Origin: Patescibacteria group bacterium
Lineage (GTDB): Bacteria > Patescibacteriota > Saccharimonadia > UBA4664
Assembly (NCBI GenBank): GCA_028288925.1
Contig: JAQGHG010000010.1
Location: forward strand, 8,057 to 72,056
Reading direction: 5' to 3'
DNA: 64,000 nucleotides
Position 1 is the stretch's first letter. The number at the start of each line of letters is the position of its first letter. The notes under the pieces are model-generated. The model was not told where the DNA came from. It searched no databases and was given only the letters and a program-made list of their open reading frames with translations. Positions 58,372 through 64,000 of this stretch are shown here, in pieces. The translations under genes and the position numbers were made by a program.

Positions 58372-59045
58372 TACTGGATCTTCCCGTCTTTTATGATGAT
58401 GGTACGGTCGCAGAGCTTGGCCAGGTCGGCGTCGTGGGTCACGACCACCAGGGTGATGTGGCGCTTGCGGTGCAAGTCAAATAGCAGCTTGATGACGGTA
58501 TGGCCGGTCTGGGTATCCAGGTTGCCGGTGGGCTCGTCGGCGAAGATCACTTCGGGGCCGGCCACCAGGGCGCGGGCGATGGCTACGCGCTGCTTTTGGC
58601 CGCCGGAGAGGTCGGTGGCGCGGTTTTTGGCCTTGTCGGTCAGCTCCACTTGCTCTAGGGCTTCCATGGCGCGGCGGTTGCTCTCCGCGACGGAGATGTT
58701 GGCAATCTTGAGCGGCAGCGCCACGTTTTCGAGCACGGTCAGGCGCGGCTGCAGGAAGAATTGTTGGAATATGAAGCCAAATTTGGTGTTGCGCAAGGAG
58801 CTGAGCTCGCCCTCGCTCATGTGGCCCAGATCGTGGCCGCCGACCTTTACCGAGCCGGAGGTGGCGGTGTCGAGCCCGGCCAGCAGGTGCATGAGTGTGG
58901 ATTTGCCCGAGCCGCTCTTGCCCACTATGGCCACGCTCTCGCCCGGCGCGATGCTCAGATCCACGCCGCGCAGCGCCTCATAGGCCGTATCGCGCTTGCC
59001 ATAGGTTTTATGGAGTTGGTTGGTTTGGAGTAATGCGTTTGTCAT
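58371..59045 (-). CDS. ABC transporter ATP-binding protein (MacB/LolD/BceA-like)
   Basis: GKSGSGKST Walker A, LSGGQKQR signature, FADEPTGNLD Walker B. Confidence 0.9.
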   Translation of the reverse strand: MTNALLQTNQLHKTYGKRDTAYEALRGVDLSIAPGESVAIVGKSGSGKSTLMHLLAGLDTATSGSVKVGGHDLGHMSEGELSSLRNTKFGFIFQQFFLQPRLTVLENVALPLKIANISVAESNRRAMEALEQVELTDKAKNRATDLSGGQKQRVAIARALVAGPEVIFADEPTGNLDTQTGHTVIKLLFDLHRKRHITLVVVTHDADLAKLCDRTIIIKDGKIQ

Positions 59046-59053
59046 GGTCTTAC

Positions 59054-59084
59054 TTTACACCGGGGATGTGAAGGGGGTGTGAAC
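59054..59084 (-). promoter_or_regulatory. RR-box site 1: TTTACACCGGGGATGTGAAGGGGGTGTGAAC, 8 nt upstream of the ABC ATPase ATG
   Basis: GTGAAG-N5-GTGAA with 11-bp periodicity; in gene orientation a -10-like TAAAGT lies 7 nt before the ATG (leaderless). Confidence 0.55.
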
Positions 59085-59132
59085 GACGAACGGCCCGATA
59101 CTATTCATCAAAGATTCTGCTATTCTCGAGAT

Positions 59133-59822
59133 ATGCAGCCGTTTAATACCGAAATTGACCAAATTACGCAAGACGTCTCCTCATATGCTAAGAGGATTTT
59201 TGATGAATATGCGGAGCTTAATCTCGAGTTAAAATCTGATTATTCAAAAAGCGCGGTATGGATAAGTTTTCACCTGGGTTGTGATTATTTCTTGAGTGCT
59301 CGCGATACCTTGGAAGCGAGCCGACTCCTAGGAGGAGGTGCAATTGTCAGAACATGTATTGAGAATATAGCTGATCTTTTCTATATCTTCGCCTCGTCAC
59401 AAAAAGAGGGTAAGCGAGCTAAGGCTTACGTCGAAAGTCTAGAGACATTTAGACAGAAGATGATAGAGATAACGAAATTGGGCAGCGATGCCGTCTTTGA
59501 GGCTCGCATGGCGAAACAGGTTAATGACTGGACCACCTCTACCATTACCGATCGAATGAAGGTGACAGGTCAAGCGATGACGACAATCTATGACTTTCTT
59601 AGTTACTCGAGCCACCCCAACCCAGGCGCTCTTTCCTATCTCCTAATTCCAGGGTTCAAAAAAGCACAACAAAATTTACTGCAACAGGTCAATTGTACCG
59701 TGATGTTGCATTTAATTAGTCATGTTCTCATGCATGATGATCTCAAGTCAGTGACCCTAGAAGAAGCCGACGCCGTAGCTAGGCGCCTTGGCTCAAAAGT
59801 ATTACCTGATGGAGAGAGGTAA
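59133..59822 (+). CDS. hypothetical cytoplasmic alpha-helical protein (low-GC island gene A)
   Basis: ~40% GC against ~62% background. The ORF-track start at 59079 is a GTG inside the RR-box, so the first ATG (59133) is preferred. Confidence 0.5.
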   Translation: MQPFNTEIDQITQDVSSYAKRIFDEYAELNLELKSDYSKSAVWISFHLGCDYFLSARDTLEASRLLGGGAIVRTCIENIADLFYIFASSQKEGKRAKAYVESLETFRQKMIEITKLGSDAVFEARMAKQVNDWTTSTITDRMKVTGQAMTTIYDFLSYSSHPNPGALSYLLIPGFKKAQQNLLQQVNCTVMLHLISHVLMHDDLKSVTLEEADAVARRLGSKVLPDGER

Positions 59823-59835
59823 TTGATGGTGGTAT

Positions 59836-60519
59836 TCACTTGAGCATTAGGGGCAGGTTTGAAGTAACCCATCTCCAGTCAAAAAGGACTGCCTGCAAGA
59901 GAACGAAATACGCGATTAGAGCTATCTTTAAAGCCCACTTCTGAACGTTTAACCATCTAGGTTCGGGTGTTGTTTTTCCCTGAGTTGGCTTGAAGATGAC
60001 ATTTTCCATAGTCTCCATTTCGCCAAAACTACGAAACTTTGCTTCAGATAGTAATTTAGCCCTTGCGCTATTAGCAAAACCCCACATCTTATGGAAGCCC
60101 ACAAGTACCATATAATATTGAAGCCCAGCAGCAATGGAAACTCCGAGCGACAGAACGCCCAAGAGGGTCAGCCATTTCTGATCAAACGTCATCGACTTCA
60201 GAATCTCACCGTTAGAGAGCATAACTATGTTTGCCGACAACATTACAGTCGTTGCCAGCATTAGCTGACCACACATAGCCCTCTCTGTCTCGTTTTCCTC
60301 TAGAAAGGCTTTGTCTCTTTGGTGCACCGCTTTCTCGATTTCTCCATCCAGGAAATTCTTGAGCTCTGGCGTTTTCTGGGCGAGGTCAGAATATATTGGA
60401 CGGGTATCGGGAGTTGCACTCGACAAGGAGCCGCGTTCAGTCTTTGATCTACTGATTCTGGTCACTTGATGTAGGGGCTTCTGGTGCCGTAGAAGTAGGC
60501 TCACTAACCGCAGGTCCAC
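59836..60519 (-). CDS. hypothetical membrane protein (low-GC island gene B; start uncertain, GTG 60519 or ATG 60276)
   Basis: Three or four TM helices in the C-terminal two-thirds; a 68-aa ORF (60449..60655) overlaps in another frame, which may indicate a frameshift. Confidence 0.45.
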   Translation of the reverse strand: MDLRLVSLLLRHQKPLHQVTRISRSKTERGSLSSATPDTRPIYSDLAQKTPELKNFLDGEIEKAVHQRDKAFLEENETERAMCGQLMLATTVMLSANIVMLSNGEILKSMTFDQKWLTLLGVLSLGVSIAAGLQYYMVLVGFHKMWGFANSARAKLLSEAKFRSFGEMETMENVIFKPTQGKTTPEPRWLNVQKWALKIALIAYFVLLQAVLFDWRWVTSNLPLMLK

Positions 60520-60720
60520 TTACTTGGGTTTCAGCCGGATTGCTTACTTGACTCATGTCAGGGTAAATCGCATGGGGTGTGCGGTCATCAGAGCCTTTAA
60601 CCACACGACCAGTTGGAATATCTACGAGTTTAACTTCTTTGCTGTCTTCATTCATAATTGCTTGCCCCTTTATATTCTTAGTGTACTTCTTTCACAGTCG
60701 TTCTGTGTAGCCATTTTTCT

Positions 60721-61611
60721 CTAATCAGTGCTTGATGACTGGTCTTGCCTCTGAGATGCATGCCAAGCTGCTTTCTCCGCTACATCTGCATCCATAATCT
60801 CTTGACCCTCCCTGGAGACAACCTTCATTTCAGCCTTAACAGCTTCGTCAGTAATCGAACTTTTACGACTAGCGACGATCCCATTCGACCGCTTAATCAT
60901 ATCTGGGGTCTTGTCGACGTTGGTGGCCAACCGCACATAGGCCGTAATCTCTCTGAGCCTATGGGCGATTAGGTACTCGATGAAATCAACGATTCCGCTC
61001 ATCTGGCTACGGATGTGAGTTGTGTGGTTTTTATAAATCTCGGGGGACATTATTGCCTTCAGCCTCAACTCCCCCAGCTCATCCAAGGTTCTGCCGATAC
61101 CCTGGCTGTCCAAATTCAATCGGCGTATATCGTAGTAAAGGTCACTTAGCATTTGGGCCAGTTTAAGGTCCGCAAGTTTCAGGAAATGGGCTTCATCCGT
61201 TGGCAAGTGAACCGGTCGCCGAAAGTTGACCGCACCTTGATCACTTGCTTGGATTAGCGACTTGATTGCCACAATGTTGTCACCGAGCATGGCGTACAAG
61301 AGTACCAATTCACGATTGAGCTTAATCAGGTCATTGTAGTGCAATACGCGTCGTTCGTGGGCTAAGCGCCGATCTTCCGCCGCCAGGTCAGCTTTGAGCT
61401 TTCGTTGGTCCTTATACCAGTCGTTAATGACGATACCCAGAGTGGCGCCAAGGGCGCCGATTAGCCCGCCGAGAGCTGACGATACTGATTGCTGTCCTAG
61501 GGGACTAAGTATAGGCATACTGGGACGAAAACGAGCTACCAGATAGCAAAGTGAACCTAGTGCTACCAGAATGATGGCCGTGGAGCCATAAGCCCTGAGT
61601 TTTCGAGTCAT
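60721..61611 (-). CDS. hypothetical protein with two N-terminal TM helices and long cytoplasmic helical domain (low-GC island gene C)
   Basis: ~37% GC; ATG 61611 (GTG 61620 is the alternative); located 59 nt downstream of the histidine-kinase stop. Confidence 0.5.
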   Translation of the reverse strand: MTRKLRAYGSTAIILVALGSLCYLVARFRPSMPILSPLGQQSVSSALGGLIGALGATLGIVINDWYKDQRKLKADLAAEDRRLAHERRVLHYNDLIKLNRELVLLYAMLGDNIVAIKSLIQASDQGAVNFRRPVHLPTDEAHFLKLADLKLAQMLSDLYYDIRRLNLDSQGIGRTLDELGELRLKAIMSPEIYKNHTTHIRSQMSGIVDFIEYLIAHRLREITAYVRLATNVDKTPDMIKRSNGIVASRKSSITDEAVKAEMKVVSREGQEIMDADVAEKAAWHASQRQDQSSSTD

Positions 61612-61679
61612 AGTATCCACACCGGCTCCAGATTAGAGATACTATAACTCACGGTCGGCCAGATAGAAACTTCTGGATA

Positions 61680-62681
61680 TTAGTGAGGGATCGGTAGCTC
61701 AATGATAAACGTCGCGCCAGGACGGATGTTCTCGGCAGAAATGGACCAGCCGTGCGCTTCGGTGATTTCTTTGGCTATGGCAAGCCCTAAACCGAGGCCA
61801 CCGGTAGCGCGGGAGCGGGATTCGTCCACTCTGTAGAAGCGTTCGAAGAGGTCGGGGAGGCTTTCTTCCGGGATGCCTCGGCCGTTGTCTTGGACAGATA
61901 GCATACTGCCGTCGTAGGTGAGGGTGATTTGGGTGCCTTGGGAGTATCGGATGGCATTACTTATGAGATTGCCGAGCAGGCGTTCGAGGAGTTTGGGGTC
62001 GGCCTGGAGGGGTTGGGAGGTGAGATTGAGGTCGAGGGTGAGGTTGGCGGTTTTGAGCTCGTCGGCGTAGTGGCGGCTTAGGCGGCGGGCGAGTTTGGCG
62101 AGGTCGACGGGCTCGAGGTGGGGGCGGATGGCCGAGGAGCGGATGGAGGCGTAGTCGCCCAGGCCTTGGACGAGGTCACTGAGGCGTTCGGCTTGTTCGT
62201 AGAGGAGTTGGACGCGGTCTTGGTCCATTCTGAGGACGCCGTCTTTGACGCCTTTGAGCTGGGCGTAGAGGGCCGTGACGGGGGTGTTGAGCTCGTGGGA
62301 GGTGTCGGAGATGAGGTCGCGGCGGAGTTTTTCTTCGTGGGCCAGGCGGGTGCCAAGCTCGTTGACTTCGGCGATGACGGCGTCGAATTCCTGGACGTCG
62401 CTGGATCCCAGCTTGGCCTGGTAGTTGTTTTGGCGCAGGGAGGCGATGACTGCGGCGAGGTTGCGCAGGGGCTCGGACACCAGGCGGGCGGCCAGGATGC
62501 CGAGAATGAGCGGGATGAGGATAGCCAGGGTGGGCAGCTCCAGGAAGACGAGCGGGAAGTGGGTGCGGCCGGAGCGGACGTAGAAGGCGGTGATGATGAG
62601 GGCGCCGATGAACAGCGTGGGGCCGACCACCACGATGAGCAGCGCGATGCGGACGGAGAGGCGGCGGAAGAGGCGCTTCAC
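61680..62681 (-). CDS. intramembrane-sensing sensor histidine kinase (BceS/LiaS-like: two TM with very short loop, HisKA + HATPase_c)
   Basis: SHELNTP H-box, GLGLGLAIAKEI G-box; ATGA overlap with the RR gene. Confidence 0.85.
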   Translation of the reverse strand: MKRLFRRLSVRIALLIVVVGPTLFIGALIITAFYVRSGRTHFPLVFLELPTLAILIPLILGILAARLVSEPLRNLAAVIASLRQNNYQAKLGSSDVQEFDAVIAEVNELGTRLAHEEKLRRDLISDTSHELNTPVTALYAQLKGVKDGVLRMDQDRVQLLYEQAERLSDLVQGLGDYASIRSSAIRPHLEPVDLAKLARRLSRHYADELKTANLTLDLNLTSQPLQADPKLLERLLGNLISNAIRYSQGTQITLTYDGSMLSVQDNGRGIPEESLPDLFERFYRVDESRSRATGGLGLGLAIAKEITEAHGWSISAENIRPGATFIIELPIPH

Positions 62682-63352
62682 TCCCCTACCTCGCGGAACC
62701 GGTAGCCACGGCCGATGACGGTCTGGATGTAGACGGGGTGGGCCGGATCGGGCTCGAGGGCCTTGCGGATGGCTTTGATGTGGGCGTCGATGGTGCGGTC
62801 GAAGACGGCGTGGCCGGCGGGGTCGTCGTAGGACTGGTCCAGGAGCTGGTCGCGGGTGAGGACCTGGCCGGGCTGCTTGGCCAGCGCCAGCAGAATGTTG
62901 AACTGGGTGGTAGTGAGGGCGATGGCGCGATTGTTTTGGGTGACGCGCATGGCGGCGGGCTCAATGGCGATATCTTTGAACTCGAGGCGGGCGGGCGCGT
63001 GACGGCGGAGCAGGGCCTGGGCGCGGGCCACGAGGATGGGCGGTTTGAAGGGCTTTTTGATGTAATCGTCGGCGCCGAGGTCTAGGCCCAGCAGCTCATC
63101 GGTGTCCTCGGCGCGGGCGGTGAGCATGATGATGGGCACCAGGGAATCGGCGCGGATACGGCGACAGACTTCGAGGCCGGAGAGGCCCGGGAGGTTGAGG
63201 TCGAGGACAATTAAGTCGAATTTCGACTGCTCGAATAATTCGAGGGCGGCCGGGCCGGTGGCGGCTTCGGCCACGTCGTAACCCGCACGTTTGAGGTAGG
63301 CGGCTTCGACCTCGCGGATAGGGGCTTCGTCTTCGACGATGAGGATCTTCAT
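62678..63352 (-). CDS. OmpR/PhoB-family response regulator
   Basis: MKILIVEDE...D receiver; C-terminal winged helix (GYRFRE). Confidence 0.9.
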   Translation of the reverse strand: MKILIVEDEAPIREVEAAYLKRAGYDVAEAATGPAALELFEQSKFDLIVLDLNLPGLSGLEVCRRIRADSLVPIIMLTARAEDTDELLGLDLGADDYIKKPFKPPILVARAQALLRRHAPARLEFKDIAIEPAAMRVTQNNRAIALTTTQFNILLALAKQPGQVLTRDQLLDQSYDDPAGHAVFDRTIDAHIKAIRKALEPDPAHPVYIQTVIGRGYRFREVGE

Positions 63353-63360
63353 GGAGCCTA

Positions 63361-63391
63361 TTTTACACGAGGGGCGTGAAGCTGGCGTGAA
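63361..63391 (-). promoter_or_regulatory. RR-box site 3: TTTACACGAGGGGCGTGAAGCTGGCGTGAAT, 8 nt upstream of the RR ATG (likely autoregulatory)
   Basis: Same motif and spacing as site 1; in gene orientation TAAAAT lies 8 nt before the ATG. Confidence 0.55.
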
Positions 63392-63470
63392 TGCCCCCTG
63401 TGAGCTTTTTGAGGGCGGGTTGAACCTGCGCGAGTTTAAATTAGAGAAACAGCTGGTGTTGGTATATAAT

Positions 63471-64000
63471 TTAAAGATTCATGCTTCTGCTCTGCTACGT
63501 CTTCTACTTCATTGCGGCTACGCTCTCGCCGCTACAACGGCGTAAACTTTCACTCACATCCCCTACTAGCGGTTACACATTTGCCTTCGCCTTTAGGACT
63601 TCACTTGTAGTAGGTTGCCTCGGCTTACTCTTACCTTTCTTCTCACCAGCGGAATTCAAGGGAGAATCATCAACAATCTTGGTTCTGGCATTTGCTAGTG
63701 GTATATTCGGCACCATCTCAATCACAAGTCAATATTGGGCACAAAAACACGTTGAGGCAGGCACTACCATCCTCATTGGAAACATATACACTCCAGTGAC
63801 AATTATTTTGGCGTCCTTATTGCTAAGAGAAGGACTCACACCACTGCAAGCAATCGGGACTCTATTACTGCTTGCTGCAATGATAGTGGTCTCAAAAAAA
63901 CATCACCTTGGTAAACAGCGATTCGACAAATACTTCTTAACAATGCTTTTAAGCGGGATCGCTCTCGGAATCGCTCTAACTGCGGAACGTGCACTTATTA
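63471..64000 (+). CDS. EamA/DMT-family transporter (3' end beyond window)
   Basis: No stop codon before the window end; EamA-like LLLREGLTPLQAIGTLLLLAAMIVV; low GC; not in the ORF track. Confidence 0.55.

Noticed and set aside
60449-60655. 68-aa ORF (MNEDSKEVKLVDIPTGR...) upstream of and overlapping island gene B
   Set aside because: It overlaps the 5' end of gene B in another frame. It may be real or part of a frameshifted longer gene; I cannot decide from sequence alone, so it is not listed as a separate feature.

Overview
This is a high-GC (~62%) bacterial chromosomal window with compact, mostly minus-strand, frequently overlapping genes; no rRNA, CRISPR array, transposase or integrase was seen.

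Gene content, in order:
- A 5'-truncated terpenoid-synthase-like gene, tRNA-Leu(CAG), an OppA-type substrate-binding protein, SecG and an S9 dipeptidyl-peptidase.
- uvrC, uvrA and uvrB, all within 11 kb.
- A ~15 kb cell-surface polysaccharide locus: three processive GT2 synthases (PgaC/IcaA-like), four CE4 polysaccharide deacetylases (three fused to beta-sandwich domains and Ser/Pro/Thr linkers), a CAP/YkwD protein, a bPH_2 protein, a sortase-like protein without the catalytic Cys, and a 59-aa peptide ending in LPQTG plus TM plus KFNKR.
- A pfkB-kinase / unknown 415-aa / LOG / PrcB-like operon.
- A central-carbon cluster: fba, split transketolase (separate N and C genes), rpe, rpiB, gap, ppa, galU, a 2-hydroxyacid dehydrogenase and a PLD-type cardiolipin synthase.
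- Two PadR regulators, three NUDIX hydrolases, a two-gene PEP-utilising phosphotransferase, and a PIN/RHH toxin-antitoxin pair.
- A Bce-like module: MacB-type ABC transporter plus an intramembrane-sensing histidine kinase and an OmpR-type response regulator.

Most notable non-genic observations:
- A conserved ~31-bp direct-repeat element (GTGAAG-N5-GTGAA) sits immediately upstream of the response-regulator operon, the ABC-transporter operon and a membrane-protein/DUF1003 operon, each apparently with a leaderless promoter.
- A 2.6-kb low-GC (~35-42%) island of three uncharacterised genes is inserted between the two-component system and its ABC transporter.
- Two paralogous coiled-coil tandem-repeat proteins share an N-terminus (M-x-TVDFTL) and a promoter motif; one is coupled to the S9 peptidase and the other sits between the two transketolase halves.
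- A 20-bp-stem hairpin lies in the uvrB/GT2 divergent region.
- An approximately 300-nt candidate sRNA with a strong intrinsic terminator lies upstream of fba.

Many long antisense ORFs in the track are GC-frame artefacts and were rejected.
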